Below are positions 17,503-27,843 of a stretch of DNA of 64,000 bases, piece by piece; position 1 is the stretch's first letter; each line of letters begins with the position of its first letter. The notes below the pieces were generated by a model. The model had not been told where the DNA came from. It did no database searches and was given only the letters and a program-made list of their open reading frames with translations. This stretch comes from an uncultured bacterium (GTDB taxonomy: Bacteria > Patescibacteriota > Minisyncoccia > Moranbacterales > UBA2206): assembly GCA_903831805.1 (NCBI GenBank), contig CAIKZD010000014.1, positions 2,078 through 66,077 of the forward strand. The letters run 5' to 3'. A program made the translations under genes and the position numbers.

Positions 17503-18252
17503 TTACTCTTTTATTTTATACGCGCCGCTCCACAAGCGCACCCGGGTTTTCCACAGATCCAAAAGCACTTGAGGATACCCATTCGGCCCAGTCAATTTCA
17601 CAGTCGAACCTTCTTCATTAAGCCAGCGGACCGGCATCTGCTTTATCTTAAATCCCAGTTTTTTAGCCAACACGATAATTTCGAAATCAAAACCGAACCG
17701 ATCCACCACCATCCGACTAGCCACCGCTTCGGCTGCGCGCGCGCTCAGCATCTTGAAGCCGCATTGTGTGTCAGGATAACTCCACAGTCCGAGCAAAATG
17801 CGGATGGCCCAGTTGCCCATGTCCCCCATCATTTCTTTATATTTCGCTTGATGCACTTGCACGAAAGAACCGGCAATGTCACGCGAACCCATCACCACGT
17901 CAAATCCATTTTGAAACTCCGGCAAAAATTTGTCCAGATGATTGATAGCCGTCGAGCCATCCGCGTCAAAAAACAAGCGATATTCTCCTTTGGCTGCCAG
18001 TAGTCCTTGGCGCACCACATAGCCCTTGCCGTGATTTTCCGGATTATCAATCACCCGCAAATTCTTGAGCTTGCCCGCGTAGCTTCGGGCGATTTCCGCC
18101 GTATTATCCGGCGAACCGTCCACTACAATTACAAACTCATATTCATAAGTCTTATCGGCAAAATACTTCATACATGCTTCTAAATTTTCCGCAATTCTTT
18201 TTCCTTCCTTGTAAGAAGGGATAATGACCGAGAGATATGGCTTTGTTTCCAT
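17503..18252 (-). CDS. family 2 glycosyltransferase (dolichyl/polyprenyl-phosphate hexosyltransferase-like)
   Basis: LSVIIPSYKEG...VIVVDGSPDNT and DADG motifs. Confidence 0.8.
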   Translation of the reverse strand: METKPYLSVIIPSYKEGKRIAENLEACMKYFADKTYEYEFVIVVDGSPDNTAEIARSYAGKLKNLRVIDNPENHGKGYVVRQGLLAAKGEYRLFFDADGSTAINHLDKFLPEFQNGFDVVMGSRDIAGSFVQVHQAKYKEMMGDMGNWAIRILLGLWSYPDTQCGFKMLSARAAEAVASRMVVDRFGFDFEIIVLAKKLGFKIKQMPVRWLNEEGSTVKLTGPNGYPQVLLDLWKTRVRLWSGAYKIKE

Positions 18253-18335
18253 GATACTAAAATTAATATTTATTCAACAATTATGCTTCTAACGCTATTT
18301 TGATTTTACCACAAAATCACAAATTATGGAACATA

Positions 18336-18764
18336 TTAACACGCCCTGTCCAGCCACTCCTGCAAGATTATCTTGGCCGCTTCGGCGTCGTCATGTTTGC
18401 CCACGTTTTTCATGCCCTTGGCAATCAAATTATCTTGGGCCGACTTAGTGGTAAACATTTCGTTCTGATATTCAATCTTCATGCGCGAAAAAGCTTTCTG
18501 GATCACTCCTCCCAATTTCTCACCCGCCGTTTCCTTTTTTTCGCGCCGCAAATAAGTCGGAATACCGATTACAATCGTCTCGATTCTTTCTTGCTCGATA
18601 ATTTTAGCTAGATCGGTAAGAAAATTTTCATCATTTTTCAGCGTAGCGTACGTAAAAGCGATTTTCATCTCCGTGTCCGCCATTGCCAAACCAATCTTGG
18701 CTGTCCCAAAATCCACCCCCAATATTTGGCTTATCTTAGCGTTGTTTTGCATCCCTATTGACAT
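18336..18764 (-). CDS. ruvX: Holliday-junction resolvase-like nuclease RuvX/YqgF
   Basis: ILGVDFGTAKIGLAMAD N-terminus and IVIGIP motif. Confidence 0.75.
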   Translation of the reverse strand: MSIGMQNNAKISQILGVDFGTAKIGLAMADTEMKIAFTYATLKNDENFLTDLAKIIEQERIETIVIGIPTYLRREKKETAGEKLGGVIQKAFSRMKIEYQNEMFTTKSAQDNLIAKGMKNVGKHDDAEAAKIILQEWLDRAC

Positions 18765-18877
18765 TATGGTATAATTATGATAGAATTAAAAATCAGTGAT
18801 GATGTTCTTAAACAAGTTATTTCCATCAAGGTGTTCTTTGAGGAAATAGAAATAGTCAACCTATCGGAGGATACACC

Positions 18878-19198
18878 ATGCTTAGAAAAGTTCTCTACAA
18901 AACTCTCTACTCTATCCTGTTCGCGTTGTTCGTGTTGTGTTTACTCGTCTCGATCTCTTTTTTTGTAATTATTATAGCAGACGCAACATATGAAGGGTTC
19001 AGACCTGATAATTTCTTCTTCATCAATTGCACAATAGCGCTATCATCTCTTTTGCTAGCTCTCTTATTCTATGTTCTTATTTTGAAAATGGGAACGGCAA
19101 TCGCTGTGAGAAAATTGCAGGATGACATCAGAATGGCATCCGAGAGCGCAACAATAGTACATTGCCGCTCTGGACACCTTGAAACCAGTCATGCTTAG
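18878..19198 (+). CDS. hypothetical membrane protein
   Basis: GGAGG 7 nt upstream of the ATG, two TM helices, and a terminator at 19204-19250. Confidence 0.55.
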   Translation: MLRKVLYKTLYSILFALFVLCLLVSISFFVIIIADATYEGFRPDNFFFINCTIALSSLLLALLFYVLILKMGTAIAVRKLQDDIRMASESATIVHCRSGHLETSHA

Positions 19199-19203
19199 CT
19201 CCA

Positions 19204-19250
19204 GGCCGCCTTGTGAACAGTATTATCGTTCACTGGGCGGCTTTTTTTAT
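19204..19250 (+). terminator. rho-independent terminator
   Basis: ggccgcc...gtgaac...gttcac...ggcggc compound hairpin followed by ttttttt. Confidence 0.6.
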
Positions 19251-19269
19251 TTCTCAAAAAACTACTTAT

Positions 19270-19409
19270 CTGTCATCCTGAGCGAAGTCCGCACTCGGAC
19301 GCAGTCGAAGGATCTGTTCTGTGTTACCACTAGATCTATAAACATAACAGCGCCAGTGGCAACCTAAGGCAGATTCTTCGACTTCGCTGCGCTACGCTCA
19401 GAATGACAA
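19270..19409. repeat. About 140-bp palindromic element, intergenic copy of the family inserted in hypF (7300-7415)
   Basis: tgtcatcctgagcgaagtccgcactcggacgcagtcgaaggatctg...cagattcttcgacttcgctgcgctacgctcagaatgacaa matches the hypF copy arm-for-arm with a different central loop. Confidence 0.75.
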
Positions 19410-19419
19410 CGTAAAAAAT

Positions 19420-20178
19420 TTATCTCGTCAGAATTTCACAGCCATCTTTTTTCACCAAAACTGTATCTTCAAAGTGCGCGCTGAGTTTGCCGTCTTTTGT
19501 GGCGTATGTCCAGCCGTCGGAAAGGATTTTTATATAATGCGTCCCTTCATTGATCATCGGCTCCAAAGCCAGGGTCATCCCGGCTTGCAGAACCACATCA
19601 TTCCCCTTACAGCTATAGTTGGGAATCTGCGGATCTTCGTGCAACTGCCTCCCGACGCCATGCCCCACTAGGTCCCGAATAACTGAAAAGCCCTGCGCCT
19701 TGGCATAATCCTCCACGGCGGCCGAGTATTCGGAAATATTGGCGCCGGCTTTGATTTTTTTGATGCCTGCATCCAGCGCCTCGCGCGTAGCTTCCGCCAG
19801 TTTATGCGCCACGGGTGCCACTGCCCCCACGGAAAAAGTGCGCGCCATGTCCGTAATCAGCCCGTCAATTTCAATGCCCATATCAATTTTCACAATGTCC
19901 CCGCTTTGGATGATTTTTTGCTCACTCGGAATGCCATGCACAATTTCGGAATTAATTGAGGCACAAATGGCCGCCGGATAGGGGTTGTTTTTTTCACCGT
20001 AGCCCAAGAAAGCCGCTCGTCCCCCACTACGAAAAACAAGCTCAGATGCAAGCTTGTCCAATGCGAGCGTACTTACGCCAGGCGCAATTTTTTGCCCCAC
20101 GGCGTCCATAATTTCCGCCAGGATCTTTCCCCCTCGGCGCATCGCCGCTATTTCTTTTTCATTCTTGATGACTATCAT
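19420..20178 (-). CDS. map: methionine aminopeptidase type I
   Basis: MIVIKNEKEIAAMRRGG..., pita-bread metal ligands (D, D, H, E, E pattern) and VGHGVG motif. Confidence 0.88.
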   Translation of the reverse strand: MIVIKNEKEIAAMRRGGKILAEIMDAVGQKIAPGVSTLALDKLASELVFRSGGRAAFLGYGEKNNPYPAAICASINSEIVHGIPSEQKIIQSGDIVKIDMGIEIDGLITDMARTFSVGAVAPVAHKLAEATREALDAGIKKIKAGANISEYSAAVEDYAKAQGFSVIRDLVGHGVGRQLHEDPQIPNYSCKGNDVVLQAGMTLALEPMINEGTHYIKILSDGWTYATKDGKLSAHFEDTVLVKKDGCEILTR

Positions 20179-20197
20179 ATCACTTAAATAATTTTTT

Positions 20198-20845
20198 CTA
20201 AATCCCCAGCTTATCCAAAATATCATCGAACACGGCTTCAATTGATTGATTGCCGCTGATTTCAATCAGCTTCTGTTGATCTTTATAATATTCCACGACC
20301 GGCAGTGTTTCTTCTTTGAAAACTTTCAGCCGCGTGATAATTCCTTCCTTCGTATCATCCGTCCGCTGGATAATTTTCCCCCCACACTCGGAACATTTTT
20401 CTTCCACACTTTGGATATCCTTCCCCATGATGAAAACTTTTTTGCATTTGCTGCACAGAAGTCTCTTGGAAATCCTCTTCAGTGATTCTTCTTCTGACAA
20501 ATTGATGAGAATCGCCGCATCGGTTTGGCGACCAAACTCACTCATGGCTTTTTCAAAATATTGAGTCTGGTCGGCGTTACGTGGGAACCCATCAAACACA
20601 ATCGACTTCTCCCGTGGGAGACTGTTCAATTTTATCGTAAAAACTTCTTCCAAAATTCTGGCCGGCACTAGTGTCTTGGTCACATTCTGAATTTGCCAGA
20701 CTTCTTGGCCGAGCGGGGTAGGCATTTTCGCCACCTCGCGCAAAAATTTCCCCATATCTATATGTTCGGCGTCCAGCCTCTCTGCCAATTTTTCCGCTTG
20801 CGTCCCCTTACCGCTCCCTTGTGGACCAAAGATTATTATGTTCAT
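20198..20845 (-). CDS. adk: adenylate kinase (zinc-lid type)
   Basis: IFGPQGSGKGTQA P-loop and lid CSKCKK...CSECGG. Confidence 0.88.
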   Translation of the reverse strand: MNIIIFGPQGSGKGTQAEKLAERLDAEHIDMGKFLREVAKMPTPLGQEVWQIQNVTKTLVPARILEEVFTIKLNSLPREKSIVFDGFPRNADQTQYFEKAMSEFGRQTDAAILINLSEEESLKRISKRLLCSKCKKVFIMGKDIQSVEEKCSECGGKIIQRTDDTKEGIITRLKVFKEETLPVVEYYKDQQKLIEISGNQSIEAVFDDILDKLGI

Positions 20846-21036
20846 GATAAAATAATTTTAAATAAAGTTTAGGACTTACGCATTTGCCGAAAAATTATTT
20901 ACGGTCATCTTGTTTAGCAATATAAGACCTATATAGACCGGCAATAAGCTAACCAACTCCAGACAAGCGAGCTATAAGAATTTGAGGCAAATGTGCAAGT
21001 CCTAATACTACTAGAAATTCGAGCGCAGCAAGTTTT

Positions 21037-22308
21037 TTAGAATCCTTCGTAGTCTCGCATAACCAATTGCCCTTCGATTTGTTGGATGATTTCAATCACA
21101 ACCGCCACTACAATTAGAAGGCCGGTGCCGCCCACCGACACCGAAGCAATATTAGTAAAGCCTTGCACGATGAAAGGCAGAACCGCGATCAAACCCAGAA
21201 ACGACGCCCCGGAAAGAGTGACCCGATTCATAATTCTATACAGATATTCTTCAGTGTTTCCACCTGGACGGATGCCCGGGATATACCCGCCTTGTTTTTG
21301 CAAATTCTCAGCAATATTTTTCGGATCAAAAACTACGGCCGTATAGAAATAAGTGAACGCCACCACCAGGATGAAATAAGCCACGCCATAGAACAGGTGA
21401 TTTTGGAAAATGCTACTGATCATTCTAGCGGCACTGGCCACGGTCGCGTTGGCGGAAGTGGCAAAAAAATTGGCCACCATCCCCGGAAAAAGCATGATAG
21501 ACATCGCAAAGATGATTGGGATAACTCCCGCCTGATTGATGCGCAGTGGCAAATGTGTCGAAGTGCCGCCAAACACCTTGTTGCCCCGGATCCTTTTCGC
21601 GTAGGAAACAGGGATGTTCCTTTGGCCTTCTGTAATGAAAACAATCGAGCCGATAGCGCCGATAACAATCACCAAAAATATCAAATAGGTGAAAAGTTGG
21701 GAAGAGTCCCAAGTAGAAATAAGCTTTGAAAGCGTGGATGGCAAACCAGAAACAATGCCAGCAAAGATAATAATTGACACGCCGTTACCGATTTTTTTCT
21801 CTGTGATAAGTTCGCCAAGCCAAGTGAGAAAAATGGTGCCAGCGGTCGCGATAACAATGACCGTCGCCATCTGGAAAGCACCGGTCGCAGTCATAATTTG
21901 CTGGGAACGGAACAGCGCCACCATTCCGATGGTCTGCAACGCGGCCAGAGGGACAGTCAGCCACCTGGTCCATTGATTGAATTTCTCTCGTCCGGCCTCT
22001 CCCTCTTCTTTGTAAACTTGATTCAATCGCGGGCTGATCATGGTCATCAGCTGCATGATGATCGAAGAAGTGATGTATGGACCGACGCCCAACATCACGA
22101 TTGAAATACTGGAAAGTCCGCGGCCGGAAAAAAGATTCAAAAGACCGAAAAATTGATTACCTTCGAAAAAAAGCTTCAGCCTTTCCTGATCCACGCCCGG
22201 AATCGGAATGTTAGCCGCTAAGCGGAAGATGACCAAAAGCAACAAAATAAAAAGTATCTTATTTCGAATTTCCTTGACCTTAAAGATTTTGATAATTTTA
22301 TCTAGCAT
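21037..22308 (-). CDS. secY: preprotein translocase SecY
   Basis: Ten TM segments, 423 aa, located between rplO and adk. Confidence 0.9.
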   Translation of the reverse strand: MLDKIIKIFKVKEIRNKILFILLLLVIFRLAANIPIPGVDQERLKLFFEGNQFFGLLNLFSGRGLSSISIVMLGVGPYITSSIIMQLMTMISPRLNQVYKEEGEAGREKFNQWTRWLTVPLAALQTIGMVALFRSQQIMTATGAFQMATVIVIATAGTIFLTWLGELITEKKIGNGVSIIIFAGIVSGLPSTLSKLISTWDSSQLFTYLIFLVIVIGAIGSIVFITEGQRNIPVSYAKRIRGNKVFGGTSTHLPLRINQAGVIPIIFAMSIMLFPGMVANFFATSANATVASAARMISSIFQNHLFYGVAYFILVVAFTYFYTAVVFDPKNIAENLQKQGGYIPGIRPGGNTEEYLYRIMNRVTLSGASFLGLIAVLPFIVQGFTNIASVSVGGTGLLIVVAVVIEIIQQIEGQLVMRDYEGF

Positions 22309-22338
22309 TGATCATTAAAACATTAATCAATGGACCGT

Positions 22339-22770
22339 CTATTTTTTGTCGGCTGTTTCTACTTCACCAGTAATAGATTTGGAAGCTAAGATACGCTCTC
22401 CGAAAGTAAATTCAAACTTAGGAGTTTTCGGACCGAGCACTTTCACGCCGTGACAAGTGTCTGAGCCTTTCAAGAAGTTCTTTTTAACTAGCGCTTCCAT
22501 CGTGATTTCCGCCCCACTCTCGAATTTTTTGGCCAAAGCGCTAAATTGAATCACCAAGGGCTTGATGCGGTGAACTATGAAACCTTTTTTCTTTTTCATG
22601 TGATCGATCAAAGTTGAACGGCCACCTTCAAACAAAGGGTCCACATGCGCGCCACTCCTGGCCTTTTGCCCCTTGCAACCTTTACCGCAATAAGTTCCTT
22701 TCTTTCCCCCACGGCCAACAGTCTTTCTAATTTTCCGCGGCGTGGTAATTTTTAAATCGTTGATCTGCAT
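22339..22770 (-). CDS. rplO: 50S ribosomal protein L15
   Basis: GRGGKKGTYCGKG...KGQKARSG. It directly follows rpsE with no L30 gene. Confidence 0.85.
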   Translation of the reverse strand: MQINDLKITTPRKIRKTVGRGGKKGTYCGKGCKGQKARSGAHVDPLFEGGRSTLIDHMKKKKGFIVHRIKPLVIQFSALAKKFESGAEITMEALVKKNFLKGSDTCHGVKVLGPKTPKFEFTFGERILASKSITGEVETADKK

Positions 22771-22796
22771 AGCTAATTTATATTAAATTCCTTACA

Positions 22797-23330
22797 CTAT
22801 TCGACTACGGCACTATCCATCCTTTCGCGTTTGGCTTTTTCACCTGTTCTATCTTCGCGATTTCTGGCCGCTTTCAGGCTTTCTAAAGCCTTGACTGTCG
22901 CGCGCGCCACATTAAGCTTATTGGCGGTGCCTAGAGATTTAGAAACAATATCCTTAATGCCGGCATAGTCGACCACCGCTCGCACAGCGCCGCCCGCTAC
23001 GATTCCACGTCCCTTAGCCGCCGGTTTCAACATCACTTTCGCACTGCCCATCTTGATGAAAACCTCATGCGCGATGGTATTTTTTTGCATCGGCACATCA
23101 ATCAAATTCTTCTTAGCATCATCAAAAGCCTTTTTGATAGAATCGGAAACATCCGCACCTTTGCCCACGCCCACGCCCACTTTGCCTTTGCGATTTCCGA
23201 TCACCAAAGAAGCCCGGAAGCGGAATCTGCGTCCACCTTTGACCACGCGGGTCACTCTCGCCAAATCCAAAAGCTTCTGATCATATTCAGGTTTTTCCTT
23301 CTTAGTTCTTGGTCGGTTATCTCTAGACAT
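22797..23330 (-). CDS. rpsE: 30S ribosomal protein S5
   Basis: VTRVVKGGRRFRFRA motif. Confidence 0.9.
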   Translation of the reverse strand: MSRDNRPRTKKEKPEYDQKLLDLARVTRVVKGGRRFRFRASLVIGNRKGKVGVGVGKGADVSDSIKKAFDDAKKNLIDVPMQKNTIAHEVFIKMGSAKVMLKPAAKGRGIVAGGAVRAVVDYAGIKDIVSKSLGTANKLNVARATVKALESLKAARNREDRTGEKAKRERMDSAVVE

Positions 23331-23347
23331 ATTCGCTTTTATTTAAA

Positions 23348-23692
23348 TTAAAATTTAAGTCCACCTTCTCGCGCCCCTTCGGCAAAGGCCTTCACTTTTC
23401 CATGATATTTATAGCCCGATCTGTCAAATGCCACTGCGGTTATTTTTTTCGCCAGACATTTCTCCGCGATATCTTTCCCGACTTTCCCCGCCCCTTCGAT
23501 GTCATTTCTGGCTTTAGCTGCCTTACTATTGGAAGCGGCTAGAGTTTTTCCGGTAGCATCATCAATGGCTTGCGCATAAAAACCCGTCAGACTTCTAAAA
23601 ACTGTCAGTCTGATTTTTTCCGCTCCGGCAGTAATCTTCGCGCGGATACGTTTTTTTCGATGGAGTCTTAATTTGTTTCTGCTGATTGTCAT
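23348..23692 (-). CDS. rplR: 50S ribosomal protein L18
   Basis: Length and position in the operon, plus RLTVFRS..YAQ motif. Confidence 0.85.
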   Translation of the reverse strand: MTISRNKLRLHRKKRIRAKITAGAEKIRLTVFRSLTGFYAQAIDDATGKTLAASNSKAAKARNDIEGAGKVGKDIAEKCLAKKITAVAFDRSGYKYHGKVKAFAEGAREGGLKF

Positions 23693-23709
23693 AATTTTTC
23701 TAAGATTTC

Positions 23710-24255
23710 TTATTTAGCTGTTCCGGCCTTTTTCCCGACCTTTCTTCTTACGATTTCACCTTGATATCTAAAGCCCTTACCCTTATATGGTTCCACTTTT
23801 TTGAGACCGCGGATAACGGCAGCCAGTTGTCCGACTCTTTGTTTGCTGATGCCGGCGACAGACAGGACATTATTGTCTTCCACTTTGACGGTCAAGTCTT
23901 CCGGAGTATCCACTTCGACTGGATGAGAAAATCCCAAGGCCATCACCAGCTTCTTGCCTTGCATCGACATCCGATAACCCACGCCTTGCAGTTCCAATTT
24001 CTTTTCAAATCCCTCAGTTACGCCAATCACCATATTATTGATGAGTGACCGCACTAGGCCCCAAACAGCATTGGCTTCTTTCGAGCTGCCTCCTTTTTCC
24101 ACCACAATTTCCTTCTCTGAAATGATGACATTCGCCTTAGTATTAATTTCCAGCGTCAGTGTGCCCTTGGGACCTTTGACTTCTAAAAGACTGTCAGTTT
24201 TTTTGACTTCTACTCCAGCTGGAATCACTATTAGTTTTTTCCCGATCTTACTCAT
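23710..24255 (-). CDS. rplF: 50S ribosomal protein L6
   Basis: MSKIGKKLIVIPAGVEV... has the two-domain L6 pattern. Confidence 0.88.
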   Translation of the reverse strand: MSKIGKKLIVIPAGVEVKKTDSLLEVKGPKGTLTLEINTKANVIISEKEIVVEKGGSSKEANAVWGLVRSLINNMVIGVTEGFEKKLELQGVGYRMSMQGKKLVMALGFSHPVEVDTPEDLTVKVEDNNVLSVAGISKQRVGQLAAVIRGLKKVEPYKGKGFRYQGEIVRRKVGKKAGTAK

Positions 24256-24282
24256 ATAATTTCTTTAAATTAAGCTTTAAGG

Positions 24283-24681
24283 CTACCAGATTTCACAAAT
24301 GCATTCTCCGCCCAATCCCAATTTTCTGGATTCCGCCCCGGTCATCACTCCCTTAGAAGTGGAGACAATAGAAATTCCAAAATCATTTTTGACTGTTTTT
24401 ATCTCTTTGCTTTTAATATAGATCCGTTGGCCGCACTTGCTCACTTTTTTCAGTCCGCGGATAGCTGGGGTTTTTTGGGTTTTGGAAACTTGAAAATATT
24501 TTAGCACGATTTTTATCGCACCAGCTTCATCTGTATTGCGAGAAACCGCTTCGATGAAACCTTCTTTTTTCAAAATTTCAGCCAAGGCAAATTTAAACTT
24601 GGAAAATTTTATTTCCACTTCCTTATGCCCGGCCATTTGGGCATTTCTTATTTTAGTTAACATTTCAGCTATCTTATCCAT
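24283..24681 (-). CDS. rpsH: 30S ribosomal protein S8
   Basis: MDKIAEMLTKIRNA N-terminus. Confidence 0.88.
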   Translation of the reverse strand: MDKIAEMLTKIRNAQMAGHKEVEIKFSKFKFALAEILKKEGFIEAVSRNTDEAGAIKIVLKYFQVSKTQKTPAIRGLKKVSKCGQRIYIKSKEIKTVKNDFGISIVSTSKGVMTGAESRKLGLGGECICEIW

Positions 24682-24713
24682 AATTTGTGAATTTAATTTA
24701 GATTCTTTCAAGT

Positions 24714-24899
24714 CTACCAGCTGGATCTCTTCACTCCCGGGATTTGTCCCGTCGAAGCCAATTCCCTAAAACATATTCGGCAAATGTCAAACTGCCGCAT
24801 ATAGCCATGTTTTCGACCGCACTTCCAACAACGACGGACGCTGCGCGTAGAAAATTTTGGTGTTTTTCGAGCTCTTGCTTCTACTGATTTCTTTGCCAT
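24714..24899 (-). CDS. rpsN: 30S ribosomal protein S14, zinc-binding type Z
   Basis: 61 aa with [10 protein letters not shown]...CRIC. Confidence 0.88.
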   Translation of the reverse strand: MAKKSVEARARKTPKFSTRSVRRCWKCGRKHGYMRQFDICRICFRELASTGQIPGVKRSSW

Positions 24900-24931
24900 A
24901 TATATTTATCGGTTGCTTAATTTATATTTAA

Positions 24932-25477
24932 CTATTGACTCATTTCCAATGGGAATCCCAATGCGCGAAACAGTGCCAAACCTTCAGCCTGACTCTTAGC
25001 CGTCGTCGCAATCGTAATCTGAAAAGGGAAAATGTGTTTGACTTGTTCCGGCAAAATCTCTGGGAAAATCAGATGCTCCTTGATGCCGATGTTCAAATTC
25101 CCATCCGCATCCACTGAGGATAATTTCAGGCCGTGGAAATCTTTTACCCGCGGCAACGCCGCTCCCACTGTCCGCTCGAGAAAATCCCACATTCGTCTGC
25201 CACGCAGCGTCACTTTCATCCCGATTTCCAAACCTTCTCTCGTCTTGAACCCGGCAATGGATTTGCGGGCCTTGGTCTTAATCGGTTTTTGCGCCGTAAT
25301 CACTTCCAATGATTTGAAAATATCAGCCACCTTAGCAGAGTCATTCAAAAATTTTCCAATTCCGATGTTCACTACCACCTTTTTGATTCTAGGCACTTCA
25401 AACACATTCTTCAGATTGAACTGCTTTTTCATTTCGGCCACCGCTATTTTATTGTACTTTTCATGAATGCTTTGCAT
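24932..25477 (-). CDS. rplE: 50S ribosomal protein L5
   Basis: Operon position, 181 aa, and NIGIGK motif. Confidence 0.88.
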   Translation of the reverse strand: MQSIHEKYNKIAVAEMKKQFNLKNVFEVPRIKKVVVNIGIGKFLNDSAKVADIFKSLEVITAQKPIKTKARKSIAGFKTREGLEIGMKVTLRGRRMWDFLERTVGAALPRVKDFHGLKLSSVDADGNLNIGIKEHLIFPEILPEQVKHIFPFQITIATTAKSQAEGLALFRALGFPLEMSQ

Positions 25478-25503
25478 AAATTTTTTGGCAGATATTGCGT
25501 GGT

Positions 25504-25830
25504 TTATATTTCGCTTTTACACTTTTTACAAATTCTGGCTTTCTTAACGTCCTTATCCTTAGAAACCTTATAGCCCACCCGGGTCGCCTTGGAACATTTC
25601 GGACAGACCAACATCACATCTGAAACAGTGACTTTTCTCGGCAATTCTACTCGCTGTCCCTGTTCGCCTTCGCGACGCGCTCGCATATGCTTTTTCATCA
25701 GATTGAGGCCTTCCACAACCACTTTCTCCTCGCTAGGATGCACCTTAACAACCTTCCCGGTTTTGCCGTGGTCTTTGCCAGCTAACATTTTGACTATATC
25801 GTTTTTCTTGATTTTCATAATTTTTTGCAA
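25504..25830 (-). CDS. rplX: 50S ribosomal protein L24 (C-terminal Cys4 variant)
   Basis: KOW motif KKNDIVKMLAGKDHGKTGKV. The C-terminus VMLVCPKCSKATRVGY...ICKKCKSEI carries CxxC...CxxC. Confidence 0.85.
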   Translation of the reverse strand: MQKIMKIKKNDIVKMLAGKDHGKTGKVVKVHPSEEKVVVEGLNLMKKHMRARREGEQGQRVELPRKVTVSDVMLVCPKCSKATRVGYKVSKDKDVKKARICKKCKSEI

Positions 25831-25851
25831 AATGGTCTTGCGACCTCGTAC

Positions 25852-26217
25852 TTATAAAACTTCCGGGGCCAAGGAAACTATCTTGGCAAATCCCTTATCC
25901 CGGATCTCGCGTGCGATCGGCCCAAAAATTCTCGTGCCTTTCGGTTCTTTGCCATCCACAATCACGGCCGCATTTTCATCAAAACGGATATAGGATCCAT
26001 CCTTGCGGCGGAATTCTTTCCGCTGTCTGACAATCACCGCTCTGACCTTATCGCCCTTTTTCACCAGTCCGCGCGGTTCAGCCACTTTTACCGCTGCCAC
26101 CACAATATCGCCGAGTTGAGCGAAGCGTCTTCTGGTCCCACCAAGGACCTTAAAGCACTCCACCACTTTGGCGCCGCTGTTATCCGCTACTTTTAATCTT
26201 GTTCTATCTTGAATCAT
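25852..26217 (-). CDS. rplN: 50S ribosomal protein L14
   Basis: [18 protein letters not shown]-terminus. Confidence 0.92.
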   Translation of the reverse strand: MIQDRTRLKVADNSGAKVVECFKVLGGTRRRFAQLGDIVVAAVKVAEPRGLVKKGDKVRAVIVRQRKEFRRKDGSYIRFDENAAVIVDGKEPKGTRIFGPIAREIRDKGFAKIVSLAPEVL

Positions 26218-26226
26218 ATATTTGGT

Positions 26227-26475
26227 CTATTTTACGATATATCTTTTGCCTAAGCTACGTGGTCGACAAGGCACGATTTCCACAGTGTCGCCAGTCTTAT
26301 ATTTATTTTCCTCGTCATGCGCTTTATATTTCTTGGTCACACGGTATTTCTTCTTATATTTGGCATGCGTTTTATAGGAACCGACAGCCACTACTACGGT
26401 TTTGTCGCCCTTATCACTCACCACCACTCCCTTTTTCTTGGATATTATTTTATTTTTTTCTGCGTTATTTTCCAT
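26227..26475 (-). CDS. rpsQ: 30S ribosomal protein S17
   Basis: GVVVSDKGDKTVVV...YKAHDE motif. Confidence 0.88.
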   Translation of the reverse strand: MENNAEKNKIISKKKGVVVSDKGDKTVVVAVGSYKTHAKYKKKYRVTKKYKAHDEENKYKTGDTVEIVPCRPRSLGKRYIVK

Positions 26476-26486
26476 ATGGGAGTCGA

Positions 26487-26681
26487 TTATTTTTCTTTAA
26501 TTAGAGTGAGGAGCCTGGCCACATCTTTCTTCTCTCTTCTGATTTCTCGAATATTCTTAACTTGCTTTGAGACAATATCAAATCTAAGCTTCCGGATTTT
26601 TTCCATTTTTTCAGCCAGAAGATTCTTAGCCTCTTCCAAACTGATTTCTCGAATTTTTTGACGTATTTCTTTGACCTTCAT
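26487..26681 (-). CDS. rpmC: 50S ribosomal protein L29
   Basis: 64 aa, lies between L16 and S17, and has the MKVKEIRQKIRE..L.EAKNLLAE helix pattern. Confidence 0.8.
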   Translation of the reverse strand: MKVKEIRQKIREISLEEAKNLLAEKMEKIRKLRFDIVSKQVKNIREIRREKKDVARLLTLIKEK

Positions 26682-26703
26682 AATATTTTTCCAAAAATTT
26701 GGA

Positions 26704-27114
26704 TTACTCCTTAACGATAAACTTAGTCTTTACATTTAATTTATAAGCCGCCAGTCGCATCGCTTCTTTCGCCACTTCCACCTTCACTCCGTCCATTTCA
26801 AATAGCATCGTTCCGGGTTTGACTACAGCCACAAAATGATCCACGGCGCCCTTTCCCTTTCCCATTGGAGTCTCATCTCCCTTTTTGGTCATCGGCTTAT
26901 CCGGGAAAATTCTGATCCAAATTTTTCCGCCGCGTTGGATATATCTGGTCATCGCGCGCCGGGCTGATTCGATCTGTCTGGCTGATACCAAATTGTTGCT
27001 CAATGACTTTAATCCGAAACTGCCGAAACTTATTTCATTGTTCCTTTGAGCGATTCCTCGAAGCGGTCCACCTCGTTGGATCTTCCTGTGTTTTACTTTG
27101 CGTGGCATTAACAT
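26704..27114 (-). CDS. rplP: 50S ribosomal protein L16
   Basis: [16 protein letters not shown]-terminus. Confidence 0.9.
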   Translation of the reverse strand: MLMPRKVKHRKIQRGGPLRGIAQRNNEISFGSFGLKSLSNNLVSARQIESARRAMTRYIQRGGKIWIRIFPDKPMTKKGDETPMGKGKGAVDHFVAVVKPGTMLFEMDGVKVEVAKEAMRLAAYKLNVKTKFIVKE

Positions 27115-27139
27115 AACAATTGCAGCTTAAAAATCATTC

Positions 27140-27799
27140 TTAATTAGTATCGTTCTTAAACACTTCACCTTTATACAACCAAACCTTGACGCCGAGCGTT
27201 CCATAAGTAGTGAACGCAGTGGCTCGGGAAAAATCAATATCCGCTCTCATCGTGTGCAGCGGGACACTACCTTTAGACGCTTTTTCCGTACGGGACATTT
27301 CTGCGCCTCCTAATCGGCCGGACATTTCAATCTTCATCCCCCGCATGCCTTTATTCTTCATGACTTGTTCCAACGCCGTTTTCATCGCTCTCCTGAAGGG
27401 CATTCTTTTTTCCAACTGTTCTACGATGTTTTGCGCGATGATTGAAGCACTTTCTTCAAAACGTTTTACCTCTTGCACTTCTACTTTTAAATTGGTAGTG
27501 CGGCTTTTATTGAAAAATTTCGTGTGGATGTAGCTTTTCACTTCTTCGATTCCGCTCCCGCCGCGACCGATGAGCACGCCCGGACGAGCAGTCTTGATAA
27601 TAACCTTGATCATCTTAGCCGAACGGACAATTTCAACTTCAGAAATCAAAGCCGCCTTCCATTTCTTGGAAACTTCTTGACGGATTTCAATATCCTGTCT
27701 GAGATTGACCCTGTATTCCTTTTTTTTGCTAAACCATTTGGATTTCCAGTCTTGCGTGATACCGAGTCTGAATCCAATTGGGTTAATCTTATTTCCCAT
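27140..27799 (-). CDS. rpsC: 30S ribosomal protein S3
   Basis: MGNKINPIGFRLGIT N-terminus and KH domain. Confidence 0.92.
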   Translation of the reverse strand: MGNKINPIGFRLGITQDWKSKWFSKKKEYRVNLRQDIEIRQEVSKKWKAALISEVEIVRSAKMIKVIIKTARPGVLIGRGGSGIEEVKSYIHTKFFNKSRTTNLKVEVQEVKRFEESASIIAQNIVEQLEKRMPFRRAMKTALEQVMKNKGMRGMKIEMSGRLGGAEMSRTEKASKGSVPLHTMRADIDFSRATAFTTYGTLGVKVWLYKGEVFKNDTN

Positions 27800-27843
27800 A
27801 AAACTTAATCTTGTTATTCTTTATTTAACCTTTTGCCTAAAAA